DNA of 64,000 bases from the NCBI GenBank assembly GCA_965279375.1, contig OZ257156.1, forward strand, positions 4,512,001 to 4,576,000. The letters are read 5' to 3'. This DNA comes from Gemmatimonas sp. (GTDB taxonomy: Bacteria; Gemmatimonadota; Gemmatimonadetes; Gemmatimonadales; Gemmatimonadaceae). The position numbers and the translations under genes are program-made. The notes beneath the pieces are model-generated. The model saw only the letters and a program-made list of their open reading frames with translations, was not told the DNA's origin and ran no database searches. This document shows positions 36,481-46,612 of this stretch, piece after piece. Positions within the stretch are counted from its first letter, which is position 1; the number at the start of each line of letters is the position of its first letter.

Positions 36481-39024
36481 GTGGGTACAACCTCGCCGCC
36501 AAACCTTACCGGACCCGCCGCCATCACTAGATTGGCATTCATGTCGCGAACGACCCCGCGTTTTCCGGCCATCTCGATGCCACGCGGCCAGCGCAAGGAA
36601 GAAATCCTTCGCGCCGAGCTGCCGCCGACGTTGCCGTTGATGGCTCTCCGCTCCACGATAGTCTTCCCGTTGGGCACCATCGCGGTGCAGATGGGTGCGC
36701 CGGAAAACCTCGCCCTCCTCAGGGCGCACGAGGAGTCCGGGCTCATCGTCGCGCTGGTCGTCGCCTCGGCGGAAAACGATGACGCCATCGATCCGCACAA
36801 CTTTGTGGGTAGGGTCGGCGTGGCCGCGCGCGTGCACGAGCGCATCAACTTGCCGGGCGAGACCGTCCAGATCACGCTGCAGGGGCTGCGTCGCATCACG
36901 ATCGACGCGATTGATCAGGTCGAGCCGTTCGCCATCGCGCGCATTCAGGGCGCCAAGGAGACGCCCGCCGACGTCAACGAGATCGACGAGTTGGTCGCCC
37001 GTACAGTCGCCGCCGCCGAAACGCTCGCCGATCTCGTGGACCGTATCCCGAGCGAAGTGCCGCAGATCCTCAAGATGAACGTGTCCGACCCGGGGCGCTT
37101 TGCCGACCTCGCGGCCACGAACATGAATCTGCGCATCGCCGACAAAGAAGAGGTGCTGCAGCGGCTCGACATCGGACAGCGCATTCGCTTCATCCTCTCG
37201 CGGCTCGAGCGTGAAGTGGCGCGCGCCCGCGTCATGGACGACGTGAAGAAGCAGACCGAGATCAAGATCGAGCAGCACCAGCGCGAGTTCTATCTGCGTC
37301 AGCAGCTCCGCGCGATTCAGTCCGAGTTGGGCGAGGCCGATCCCAACGAGAAGGAGTCGGTGGACCTGCTGCGCCGCATTGAAGAGGCACAGCTCCCCGA
37401 GAAGGTCGCCGCGGAAGCGCGCCGCGAAACGGAACGCCTGCGCATGCTCTCGCCCGCGTCCAGCGAGTATCAGGTGCTGCGCACCTATCTCGATTGGGTC
37501 CTGGCGCTCCCGTGGAACGAACGCAGTGCCGACGATGGCAGCATCACGCTCTCGACGGTCGAGGCGGCGCTCGAAGATCGCCACTACGGACTCGACGAAG
37601 CCAAGGAGCGCATCATCGAGTATCTCGCCGTGCGCAAGCTGCGCGGCGGCGATCCCACGGGCCCGATCCTCTGTTTCGTCGGTCCGCCGGGCACCGGCAA
37701 GACGTCACTGGGCGAAGCGATCGCCAAGGCCATCGGCCGCGAGTTCTATCGTATCTCCGTGGGCGGCGTGCGCGACGAAGCGGAAATCCGTGGCCATCGT
37801 CGCACCTACGTGGGCGCCATGCCCGGCCTGCTCATTCAGGCGCTGCGTCGTGTTGCCGTGCGCGATCCCGTCATCATGATCGACGAGATCGACAAGATGA
37901 CCTCGGGCTCGAGTGGCGATCCCACCGCCGCGATGCTCGAAGTGCTCGACCCGTCGCAAAACTCGAGCTTCGTCGATCACTATCTCAACCTGCCGTTCGA
38001 CCTGTCGAGCGTCCTATTCATCTGCACGGCCAACAATCTCTTCGATATCCCCAACGCGTTGCGCGATCGCCTCGAAGTCATCCGCATCGCCGGCTACACC
38101 ATCGAAGAGAAGGTAGAGATCGCGCAGCGCTATCTCATGCCGCGCCTGCTCGACGATCACGGCCTCTCGGCGGACGACATTCACGTGCCGGAGTCGGTGC
38201 TCGGCTTCATCACCAGTCGCTACTCGCGCGAAGCTGGGCTCCGCACGTTCGAGCGCTCGCTCGCCTCGCTGCTGCGCAAGCGCGCGCGCGCCAAGGCCGA
38301 CGGTGACGAAAGCCATTGGGAGATGACCGCCGAGCGTGTCGAGGAGATTCTGGGCACCCCGCGCTTCTCGATGGAAGAAGCGGAGATGGAGCCGGAGATC
38401 GGCGCGGTGACGGGCCTCGCGTGGACCGCGACCGGTGGCGACATCATGACGATCGAAGCGCTGCGCATGCCCGGCAACGGCAAGCTCACTGTCACCGGCC
38501 AGCTCGGCGACGTGATGCGCGAGTCGGTCGATGCGGCGTACTCGTTTGTGCGTTCGCGTGCGGCGCTGCTTGGCATCGCAGAACGCGAGTTCAGCGAAGC
38601 GGATCTGCACCTGCACTTCCCAGCGGGCTCGATCCCCAAGGACGGTCCGTCGGCGGGCATTGCGGTCACGCTGGCGCTCGCGAGTGCGCTGTCGCGCCGG
38701 CCCGTGCGTCGCGATCTCGCGCTCACAGGCGAAGTCACGCTGCGTGGACGCGTGCTGGAAATCGGCGGCGTGAAGGAGAAAGTGCTCGCCGCGTATCGCG
38801 TGGGATTGCGCGAAGTGATCCTCCCCAAGGGCAACGAGAAGGACGTACGCGACGTGCCGCAGGAGGTGCGCGACAAGATGGCGTTCACCTTCGCCAGCAG
38901 CATGGACGAAGTCCTGCGACTGGCGTTACTGCCGCTCCCCGACTCGCATCCCGCGGACGCGCCGCCGCAACTCGATGCCGGATTCGCAGATTCGCATCCG
39001 GCCGACGTGCCTGCGCGCCTGTAG
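36481..39024 (+). CDS. lon: ATP-dependent protease La
   Basis: DRHYGL, GPPGTGKTS, RRTYVGAMPG, DEIDK, PKDGPSAG, GGVKEK; start may be 36541 or 36577. Confidence 0.96.
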   Translation: MGTTSPPNLTGPAAITRLAFMSRTTPRFPAISMPRGQRKEEILRAELPPTLPLMALRSTIVFPLGTIAVQMGAPENLALLRAHEESGLIVALVVASAENDDAIDPHNFVGRVGVAARVHERINLPGETVQITLQGLRRITIDAIDQVEPFAIARIQGAKETPADVNEIDELVARTVAAAETLADLVDRIPSEVPQILKMNVSDPGRFADLAATNMNLRIADKEEVLQRLDIGQRIRFILSRLEREVARARVMDDVKKQTEIKIEQHQREFYLRQQLRAIQSELGEADPNEKESVDLLRRIEEAQLPEKVAAEARRETERLRMLSPASSEYQVLRTYLDWVLALPWNERSADDGSITLSTVEAALEDRHYGLDEAKERIIEYLAVRKLRGGDPTGPILCFVGPPGTGKTSLGEAIAKAIGREFYRISVGGVRDEAEIRGHRRTYVGAMPGLLIQALRRVAVRDPVIMIDEIDKMTSGSSGDPTAAMLEVLDPSQNSSFVDHYLNLPFDLSSVLFICTANNLFDIPNALRDRLEVIRIAGYTIEEKVEIAQRYLMPRLLDDHGLSADDIHVPESVLGFITSRYSREAGLRTFERSLASLLRKRARAKADGDESHWEMTAERVEEILGTPRFSMEEAEMEPEIGAVTGLAWTATGGDIMTIEALRMPGNGKLTVTGQLGDVMRESVDAAYSFVRSRAALLGIAEREFSEADLHLHFPAGSIPKDGPSAGIAVTLALASALSRRPVRRDLALTGEVTLRGRVLEIGGVKEKVLAAYRVGLREVILPKGNEKDVRDVPQEVRDKMAFTFASSMDEVLRLALLPLPDSHPADAPPQLDAGFADSHPADVPARL

Positions 39025-39032
39025 ACCCTGCG

Positions 39033-40400
39033 TTAGAACTGCGCTCCAAACGCGTGCAGTAGCAGGCCCACGAGACCGCCCACGATCGTACCGTTGATGC
39101 GAATGAACTGCAGATCACGACCGATCTGCAGTTCAATCTTGCGTGAGGTCGCGTTCGCGTCCCACGCCGCCACCGTCGTCGCGATCAGCTTGGCCACCTC
39201 CTCACGCGCCTGCTCCACGGCGTACGTGACCAGCTCCACCACCCAGCCGTTCACTTTCGTGGCCAGCTCGGCGTCTTCCAGAACCTTCTGACCCAGTCCG
39301 GTCAGCCAGCGCTCGATCTGATCCGGCTCGCTCTCCGCATCGCTCGCAATGCGTTCCGCATAGCTCGTCAGGCGATCCTTCACGTCGCTCCACACCGACT
39401 TGGAGAACTCGGCAACCGACGGATGGTTGAGCACGTCGAGCTTGATCTGCTCGGCCTTGGCGATGACGTCGGGATTATTGCGCAGCGAGAGCACAAAGCG
39501 ATCGACCGCTTCGTCGTAGCGCACGCGCAGCGGGTGATCGGGATCGGCCGCCACGGCCACGAGCGTCTTCTCCACGCCGCTGACGATCTTGTCGCCGAGC
39601 CGATTTTCCACCGCGCCCGGCACCCACCACGGACTCTCCGCCTTGATGCGCTCGCGGATCATCTCCTCGTTTTCGGCGAGGAAGCGCGCGGCCAAACGCA
39701 GCGCATCGTCCAGCAGCGCCTGATGCCGTCCGCCTGCAGTGAGCGTGTCGAACACACGCGCGGCGACCGGCGCGGCCTGCATCGACCGCAATCGCGACAC
39801 GATGCCCTTGTCTACCAACGCCTGCACTTCTTCGTCCTTGAGTACCGCGGCGCCTCCCACGAGGCCACGCGCCACCACCTGCGCCACTTTTCTACTGTGC
39901 TCCGGCGTGCTGATCCACGCAGCCGCGCGCTCGCCCAGCTTCATCGCGTGCAGCTTGCTGGCCACTACCTCGCGCGTGAGGAAGTTGCGCTGCACGAAGT
40001 TGCCGAGTGCCGTGCCGATGCGATCCTTGCGCGAGGGAACGATGGCCGTGTGCGGAATCGGCAGGCCAAGCGGATGCTTGAAGAGCGCGGTGACGGCAAA
40101 CCAGTCGGCGATGCCGCCAACCATCGCGGCCTCTGCAAATGCGCGCACGTACGACAACCACGGAAAGCGCGCCTCGTACATGCGCGCGAGCACGAACAGC
40201 ACCGCCACACCGACCAGCATTGCGGTGGCTACGCGCTTCATGCGCTGTAGCCGAACGCGCTTGATCTCGTCGTCCGGCGTCAGGGCCAGCCCGGGAGGGA
40301 GTAGTGCGGGTGTCGTGGCAGGAACCACAGCAGGAAGTGCGGGAGCAGACATGGGCGTCCATACGGGTACGGACGCTCCAGAGTTTGGTTCGTCCGACAC
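39033..40400 (-). CDS. DUF445 (YjiN-like) membrane protein
   Basis: AEAAMVGGIADWFAVTALFKHPLGLPIPHTA; GRDLQFIRINGTIVGG. Confidence 0.88.
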   Translation of the reverse strand: MSDEPNSGASVPVWTPMSAPALPAVVPATTPALLPPGLALTPDDEIKRVRLQRMKRVATAMLVGVAVLFVLARMYEARFPWLSYVRAFAEAAMVGGIADWFAVTALFKHPLGLPIPHTAIVPSRKDRIGTALGNFVQRNFLTREVVASKLHAMKLGERAAAWISTPEHSRKVAQVVARGLVGGAAVLKDEEVQALVDKGIVSRLRSMQAAPVAARVFDTLTAGGRHQALLDDALRLAARFLAENEEMIRERIKAESPWWVPGAVENRLGDKIVSGVEKTLVAVAADPDHPLRVRYDEAVDRFVLSLRNNPDVIAKAEQIKLDVLNHPSVAEFSKSVWSDVKDRLTSYAERIASDAESEPDQIERWLTGLGQKVLEDAELATKVNGWVVELVTYAVEQAREEVAKLIATTVAAWDANATSRKIELQIGRDLQFIRINGTIVGGLVGLLLHAFGAQF

Positions 40401-40402
40401 GC

Positions 40403-41743
40403 TCAGCGGCCGATCGTGATGCGCTTGAAGTCGATCAAGGCATCGCTGACGCCCGCCGGTGCATCGAGGAAATACACCACCGGGCGTCCGTTGACCTGTT
40501 CCATGCGCAGCGTGACTGTGCGTGCGCCGTGCGTCGGCTTGGCGGCCACGTCGTACCGTCGCGTCGTGGCGCCCGGCGGGATATCGGACTTGCCCAGTTC
40601 GTAGCGACGCCGTGCGGCATCGCCCATCAGGTCGAGAAAGTCCGCCGCGTCCACCGGAGAATCCCACACCGAGGCCCAGGCCACAGCATCACCGGAGGGC
40701 GTCTTGATGAGCGCATAGCTGTCGCCATCGAGGCCGCTCGCCGCGCGTCGCGCCGCCGCTTCGTCCTTGAGATGCAGCACGAGGATGAGCCGCGTTTCGA
40801 ACTCACCAAACGTGTTGCTGAACGTGACCGTCCCCGACGAGGGCGCTGGCAGCGTGACCTTTGTCGGGACGTCGCGTGTGTCCTTGGAATCGGTGAAGTA
40901 CGCGGCATCGTTGAGGATCTGCTTGGTGGAGATCGGCAGATCGCTGAGCAGCTCGTTCTCCTTGCGCTTCTCGATGAAGCGTCGGACGAAATCCGCACCA
41001 CCCAGATACGGGAAGAGCATCCCTTCGCGGATCGCACGCGGCGCGGAGCCGAACACCGGCATGCCGCCTTGCCCGTCGCGAATCACGTCGCGGATGCGAT
41101 CCCAACCGCCCGGCATCTTGAGCATCGGGCCGACGTTTGGATCGAGGCGGAACTGGTTGAACACTGCCTGCCCTTCGAGAATTGCCTGTGCGGCCGCCTG
41201 CCGATCGGCGTCGTCCACAGCACCCTGAATGCTGTCGATCTTGACGTACTGATCCTGCAACGCGTGCACGAGCTCGTGGGCGATCGTCTGGTCGCGCATC
41301 GCTGCGGGCGCTCCGTCCACCACGTACAGCACCTTCGTGGCCGGATCGTAGAAGCCGATCACCTGCTCTTCGAGCAAGCGCTGCATGAGGCCACCGAGAT
41401 CCATCGTGTCGGGGATCATCCCCAATACGCGATAGACGCCCTGCTGCCCCGCGATCTGCTTCTTGGCGCGCTCGCTCGTGAGCTGCTTCATCAGGAACGC
41501 CGCCACCTCCGCCTTCGACTTGGTCTCGAGCTTGGGCGGCGTCTTGAACGTCATGCCGAGCTGCTGCTCGATCTTGGGGACGACGGTGTTGACGATCTCC
41601 GCGTACGACCCTGCATCCTTGGGCGTCGCCGACTCACGACACGCCGCGACTCCAAGCAGGAGCGCGGCGGTTGTGGCGGTGCGGCTGGTGCGCGCGAGGC
41701 GCACGGCGAAACGAGAGGCTCGTGGGATGGCGAAGTCGGTCAC
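40403..41743 (-). CDS. Lipoprotein with HExxH motif (putative metallopeptidase)
   Basis: Lipobox LLGVAAC; GFYDP, IAHELVHALQDQ, ILEGQA, FPYLGG. Confidence 0.65.
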   Translation of the reverse strand: MTDFAIPRASRFAVRLARTSRTATTAALLLGVAACRESATPKDAGSYAEIVNTVVPKIEQQLGMTFKTPPKLETKSKAEVAAFLMKQLTSERAKKQIAGQQGVYRVLGMIPDTMDLGGLMQRLLEEQVIGFYDPATKVLYVVDGAPAAMRDQTIAHELVHALQDQYVKIDSIQGAVDDADRQAAAQAILEGQAVFNQFRLDPNVGPMLKMPGGWDRIRDVIRDGQGGMPVFGSAPRAIREGMLFPYLGGADFVRRFIEKRKENELLSDLPISTKQILNDAAYFTDSKDTRDVPTKVTLPAPSSGTVTFSNTFGEFETRLILVLHLKDEAAARRAASGLDGDSYALIKTPSGDAVAWASVWDSPVDAADFLDLMGDAARRRYELGKSDIPPGATTRRYDVAAKPTHGARTVTLRMEQVNGRPVVYFLDAPAGVSDALIDFKRITIGR

Positions 41744-42585
41744 GTCGGGAAGGCGCGCTGCATGTACCAAGCGATGAGGCGGTCACCCCAAAGCAAGGCC
41801 AGCATCGCAGCAGGCGCAAGGAACACGCCGAACGGCACGTCGGGAAACGCGAACTCGGTCCCATTCCGCTTGGCCCGCACCCACAGCAGAGGTCCCACGG
41901 CGAACAGGAAGAACGTCGCGCCCACGAAGGCACCGCCGACGATCGTCAGCAGCGCACGCTCAGCGCCCAGCGCCGCACCAACCACAGCCATCAGCGTCGT
42001 ATCGCCAAAGCCCATCGCCTCGCGCTGCATCGCCACTTCAGCCAGCCAGCCGATGATGGTGATGGCGCCCGCACCAACACACGCTCCGATGAACGCATTC
42101 CAAGGCGTCGCGAACAGCGACGTCTCGCCCAGAAAGAGTCCGCCGATCGACGCCGCGAGCACCAGCACGAGTCCGGTCAGCGTGAAACCGTCGGGGATGA
42201 GGTAGTGCTTGGCGTCGGTGACGGCGATGCCGAAGAGAATCGTACCGAACACCGCGATGCGCAGCGCCTCGTACGTGACGCCGAAGTACTGCACACACGC
42301 CACCCAGCCCAACGCCACCAGCAGCTCGACCACCGGATATTGCACCGAGATCGGCAGCTCGCAGCCGCGGCACTTGCCACGCAGCAGCAGCCAGCTCAGC
42401 ACCGGAATGTTCTCATGCCACGCGATCGGACGCTCGCAGCGCGGGCAGCGCGAACGCGGCTTGACCACGCTCAGCTCCGCGGGCCAGCGCGAAATGCAGA
42501 CGTTCAGGAACGAGCCCATCGACGCCCCGAGGACGAAAACGGACGCCAGAACGAGTGCAGTCAATTCGGCAGTGAGTGGCGGCAT
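41740..42585 (-). CDS. pilD: Prepilin peptidase, A24 family
   Basis: GSFLNVCISR, SRCPRC, ENIPVLSWLLLRGKCRGC, MGFGD, PFGVFLA. Confidence 0.92.
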   Translation of the reverse strand: MPPLTAELTALVLASVFVLGASMGSFLNVCISRWPAELSVVKPRSRCPRCERPIAWHENIPVLSWLLLRGKCRGCELPISVQYPVVELLVALGWVACVQYFGVTYEALRIAVFGTILFGIAVTDAKHYLIPDGFTLTGLVLVLAASIGGLFLGETSLFATPWNAFIGACVGAGAITIIGWLAEVAMQREAMGFGDTTLMAVVGAALGAERALLTIVGGAFVGATFFLFAVGPLLWVRAKRNGTEFAFPDVPFGVFLAPAAMLALLWGDRLIAWYMQRAFPT

Positions 42586-42612
42586 TGGAGCGAAGGAGAG
42601 AGCGGAAACAGT

Positions 42613-43371
42613 TCAGGCAGGACGCAGCGCGTGCAGCAGAATCCCGGTCGCGACAGCGACGTTGAGTGATTCCACCTCGGGCGCCATGCGAATTGCAACC
42701 CGCGCAGTGGCCCGCTCGGCCACCTGCCCGGACAATCCGGCTCCCTCGTTACTCACGGCCAGCGCCAGACGATCCGGCATGTCGGTCACCGCCGCCAGCT
42801 CCACCCCGCCCGTATCCGCCGCCCAGAGCGGAATCCCGTGCGCATCGAGAAATGCGGCGAGATCCGCCCACGAGAGCGGCATGGCGGGGTGCGAGAAGAG
42901 CGCACCCATCGTGCTACGGACGACTTTGGCGTTCCATAGGTCAACGGTTCCCGGCAATGCGATCGTCGCCGTCACGCCCAGGGCGGCCGCCGTCCGCACC
43001 ACGGTCCCCACGTTCCCGGGGTCCTGCAACGCATCCAGCACCAGGAATCGCGCGACGGTCGGCGGGGTATCCAAGCGGCGTTCCGGTATCTCGCCGACCG
43101 CCAGCACCCCCTGCGGGGTATCGGTGTCGGCGGCATCCTCCAACTCCTTGGCCGACACCACCTGTACATGCACGCCCCGCTGCCCGGCCGTCGTCAGCAG
43201 CGCCGCGCCCCGCGCGTCGTCCGCCAGCGACTCCGTGGCAAGCAATCCAACAATCGCGATCGGCGAGGTGAGCAGCGTCTCGACGGTGCGAATCCCTTCT
43301 GCGACGAAACGTTGATGCTTCTCGCGCGCCTTCCGGCGCTGCAGGTCGCGCGCGAGGGTCAGTAGCTTCAC
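42613..43371 (-). CDS. TrmH/SpoU family RNA methyltransferase
   Basis: FVAEG, TPQG, LQDPGNVGTVVR, NEGAGL, ESLNVAVA. Confidence 0.92.
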   Translation of the reverse strand: MKLLTLARDLQRRKAREKHQRFVAEGIRTVETLLTSPIAIVGLLATESLADDARGAALLTTAGQRGVHVQVVSAKELEDAADTDTPQGVLAVGEIPERRLDTPPTVARFLVLDALQDPGNVGTVVRTAAALGVTATIALPGTVDLWNAKVVRSTMGALFSHPAMPLSWADLAAFLDAHGIPLWAADTGGVELAAVTDMPDRLALAVSNEGAGLSGQVAERATARVAIRMAPEVESLNVAVATGILLHALRPA

Positions 43372-43399
43372 GAAGACCGGTCCTGGAAACGAGACGACA

Positions 43400-44272
43400 A
43401 TGCCTGTGACTCCCGCCCTGAATATGCCGCGACGCTCGCCAAGCGCGATCACGAAGCGCCGCCGACTGGTGCCCCGTATCGCCGCCGCCGCGTTAGTGCT
43501 CCTCGCTGGCGCCTGCGTGGCGTCCACGCAGCAAGAGCTCAAGCTCGGCGCCGACTACGCCGCCCAGATCAACCAGCAGCTCCCGATCGTCCGCGATCCC
43601 GAAACGGTCCGCTACATCAATCTGCTCGGCGATTCCATCGCCCGCGTCTCCGACAACCGCGGCTTGCAATGGCAGTTCAACGTCGTGGACGAAAGCGACA
43701 TCAACGCCTTCGCCGTTCCCGGCGGCTACATCTACGTCAATCGCGGACTGATCGAGCGCGCCAAGAATATGTCCGAACTCGCGGGCGTGCTCGGCCACGA
43801 AATCGCGCACGTGACGCAGCGGCACAGCATGCAACAAATGGCCAAGAGTCAGCAGGCCAGCTACGGCGCCCTCGGACTCTGCGTCGCGTTCCCCTCGTTC
43901 TGCAACAGCGGGCTTGGCAACGCAGCCATTCAGTACGGCGGTGGCGCGATGTTCGCCAAATTCAGCCGCAACGACGAAACCGATGCCGATCGCTTCGGCG
44001 TCACCTACGTCACGCGCGCCGGTATCGACCCGCGTGGCATGCCGTCCATGTTTCGCACGCTCTTGGCTGAACGAAAGTCCAACCCGACTGCGCTCGATGC
44101 TTGGTTCGCTTCGCACCCACTCGAGGAGGATCGCGTGGTCGTGACCGAAGGCGAAATCGCCAAGATCGATCCGGTCATCCTGAAGACGCTCACGCGCGAC
44201 ACGCCGGCCTTCCAACGCTTCAAGGCGCGCCTCGCCACACTGCCGCGCACGCCACCCAAGCCCACGCGCTAG
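43400..44272 (+). CDS. M48 family metallopeptidase lipoprotein
   Basis: LLAGAC lipobox; NAFAVPGG, GHEIAH, FSRNDETDAD, SHP. Confidence 0.9.
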   Translation: MPVTPALNMPRRSPSAITKRRRLVPRIAAAALVLLAGACVASTQQELKLGADYAAQINQQLPIVRDPETVRYINLLGDSIARVSDNRGLQWQFNVVDESDINAFAVPGGYIYVNRGLIERAKNMSELAGVLGHEIAHVTQRHSMQQMAKSQQASYGALGLCVAFPSFCNSGLGNAAIQYGGGAMFAKFSRNDETDADRFGVTYVTRAGIDPRGMPSMFRTLLAERKSNPTALDAWFASHPLEEDRVVVTEGEIAKIDPVILKTLTRDTPAFQRFKARLATLPRTPPKPTR

Positions 44273-44286
44273 CGCGAGTTTTGGCG

Positions 44287-45174
44287 TTACGGCAAGCGAC
44301 GCACGAACTCCGCGATCAGCCCTTCGAACTGCGCGGCAACGGCGCGACCGGTTTCCATCACTTCCGAGTGGTCGAGCGGCTCGAGCGACATGCCGGCCGC
44401 CTTGTTGGTGATGCACGAAACGGCAGCAACGCGCATCCCGAGTGCACGAGCAACGATCACTTCGGGTACGGTGCTCATCCCGACGGCATCCACGCCCAGC
44501 TTCTCCAGCATGCGCACCTCGGCCGGCGTCTCGTACGTCGGGCCGAGGAGGCCGCAATAGACCCCGTCGCGCAACGTCAGCCCGATCGCCTGCGCCGATT
44601 CATGCAGCAACGCGCGCAGTGACCGATCGTATGGCTCGGACATGTCGGGGAAGCGTTGGTCGCCGTTCTCGGTCGGACCGATGAGCGGGTTGCGATACAT
44701 CAGGTTCAGGTGATCGGCGATCACCATGAGGTCGCCCGGATCGAACGTGCGACACACGCCACCGGCCGCGTTCGACGCGAGATACACGCCGGCCCCCAGC
44801 GCAGATAGGACGCGCACCGGGAAGGCGGCCAACGCCGCATCGTGCCCTTCGTACATGTGAAACCGGCCGGCCATCGCCACGATCGGGCGCCCGCTCAGCG
44901 AGCCCACGATCAACTGCCCCGCGTGTCCTGCGACCGTCGCGCTCGGGAAACCCGGGATGTGCGAGAACGGAATGCGCACGGCATCATCGATCTTCTCGGC
45001 CAGGCCACCCAACCCGGAGCCGAGCACGATGCCGCAGACGGGCGTCGGCATCACACCGGCCTTGGAGACGTTGCCCACACGCTGGCGAATGTACTCCGCT
45101 GCTGCGCGCGCCTGCGCCGTACCCATCGCCAGCGGCTGCGCGTGAAAGCTCGCCGTCTCGAAGGCGTTAATCAT
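44287..45174 (-). CDS. punA: Purine-nucleoside phosphorylase (trimeric type)
   Basis: VLGSGLG, GHAG, GRFHMYEG, NAAGG, GPTYETPAE, GMSTVPE. Confidence 0.92.
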   Translation of the reverse strand: MINAFETASFHAQPLAMGTAQARAAAEYIRQRVGNVSKAGVMPTPVCGIVLGSGLGGLAEKIDDAVRIPFSHIPGFPSATVAGHAGQLIVGSLSGRPIVAMAGRFHMYEGHDAALAAFPVRVLSALGAGVYLASNAAGGVCRTFDPGDLMVIADHLNLMYRNPLIGPTENGDQRFPDMSEPYDRSLRALLHESAQAIGLTLRDGVYCGLLGPTYETPAEVRMLEKLGVDAVGMSTVPEVIVARALGMRVAAVSCITNKAAGMSLEPLDHSEVMETGRAVAAQFEGLIAEFVRRLP

Positions 45175-46259
45175 GCGCGCACCTCCTCGAACTCCGCGAT
45201 GGGGCCGACGTCGGCGAGCAGTTGCGACATCTCTCGGCTCGCCGCGTTGCGCAGCGCCCGGCGTTCGGCGAGCGGCAGAAACGCGGCGTCGAACGCCGAG
45301 AGCGCCAAGCGCGAAAGCATCGGCAGGTCGTACCGCAAATGCTCGGCGCACTGCCGGAACTCGTCGGTGAGCGTCACGCCACTCATCAGGCGATTGTCGG
45401 TGTTGATCGTGACGACGGCACCAAGCTCCACATAGCGCGCCAGCTGATGCTCCGCAAACGAGACCGACACACGCGTCTGCACGTTGCTCGTGGGACACAA
45501 CTCCAGCGGGATCTGGCGATCGACCACGTACGCTTCCAGCGACGGATCCTCGTAGAGGCGTGTGCCGTGCCCGATGCGATCCGCGCCGCAGCGATGGATC
45601 GCGTCGCGAATGGAATGCGGCCCGTCGCCTTCACCCGCGTGCACCGTGATGGCCAGATCGTGCCAACGCGCAAACTCGAACGCCGGCGAATGGGCATGCG
45701 CCGGATTGCCCAGCTCTCCCCCAGCCAGGTCGAACGCCACGACGCCTTTGCCCTTGAACGCCACCGCGAGTTCGGCCATCTCCAACGAATGTGGTGCGGG
45801 CAGATTGCGCAGTGCACAAACGATGGCGCGCGCGATCGTTCCCGTCTCGCGCTCGCCACGATGGAGTCCCTTGAGCACCGCTCGCACCACGTCGTCGGCG
45901 GCGAGCCCACCGCGCGTATTCAGCTCCGGGCAAAATCGCACTTCGATGTAGCGCACACCGTCGAGCGCCGCATCCAGGACCAGTTCATGCGCGATGCGCT
46001 CGAGCGAAACGGCGTCCTGCATGACGGCGAGCGTCACGTCGAAGCGCGCGAGGTAGTCCCCGAGATCGCGCGCATCATCCACCCGCATCCAGTGGCCGAG
46101 TTCCGCCGATGTCGCGACCGGGAGCGTCACGCCCTGTGTGACCGAGAGCTCGTAGAGCGTGGATGGACGCAGCGAGCCGTCCAGATGGCAGTGCAGCTCG
46201 GCCTTCGGCATGCGCTGAATGATCTCTAGGAATGCGCTCGAGATGGTCGGCGCCGTCAT
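45171..46259 (-). CDS. add: Adenosine deaminase
   Basis: PKAELHCHLDGS, HAGE, RIGHG, CPTSN, NTDN. Confidence 0.92.
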   Translation of the reverse strand: MTAPTISSAFLEIIQRMPKAELHCHLDGSLRPSTLYELSVTQGVTLPVATSAELGHWMRVDDARDLGDYLARFDVTLAVMQDAVSLERIAHELVLDAALDGVRYIEVRFCPELNTRGGLAADDVVRAVLKGLHRGERETGTIARAIVCALRNLPAPHSLEMAELAVAFKGKGVVAFDLAGGELGNPAHAHSPAFEFARWHDLAITVHAGEGDGPHSIRDAIHRCGADRIGHGTRLYEDPSLEAYVVDRQIPLELCPTSNVQTRVSVSFAEHQLARYVELGAVVTINTDNRLMSGVTLTDEFRQCAEHLRYDLPMLSRLALSAFDAAFLPLAERRALRNAASREMSQLLADVGPIAEFEEVRA

Positions 46260-46495
46260 TCAGTCACCTCGCTGCGATCTCGGACCGGAAGCACGCGGAA
46301 TATCGCGCCGCCGTGGAGCAGCGTGTCCGCGTCGATCGGCAACCCACGGCTGTCGGTAACGCGCGAGCGGCCAGCCTCGATGTCGTCGGCTTGCTCGGGG
46401 AAGAGCGCGCGGACGGCGTCGATCGCACGCCCACCGGCTGCTACCGAGACGCCGCGTTCGTTCACATATACCCGCAGAGTACCATCGTCGATCAT
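46256..46495 (-). CDS. Small hypothetical protein, possible beta-grasp (ThiS/MoaD-like) fold
   Basis: LRVYVNERGVSV...TDSRGLP...LHGGAIFRV; ATGA overlap with add. Confidence 0.55.
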   Translation of the reverse strand: MIDDGTLRVYVNERGVSVAAGGRAIDAVRALFPEQADDIEAGRSRVTDSRGLPIDADTLLHGGAIFRVLPVRDRSEVTE

Positions 46496-46612
46496 TTGCT
46501 GATCCAGGTCATCAGGATAGAAACACCACCGGCAGACACGCCCCGGTCACACAGGATGCTAGCAGTACCGGCCTCCCCTCGCACCTCGTCTCGCGCGTGA
46601 GCCACGCGCAAC

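Noticed and set aside
40304..42205. 633-aa plus-strand ORF
   Set aside because: Antisense shadow of the HExxH lipoprotein and pilD
46496..46612. Purine riboswitch upstream of add/PNP
   Set aside because: Only a short hairpin (GCGCGTG-N3-CACGCGC); no purine aptamer core recognised
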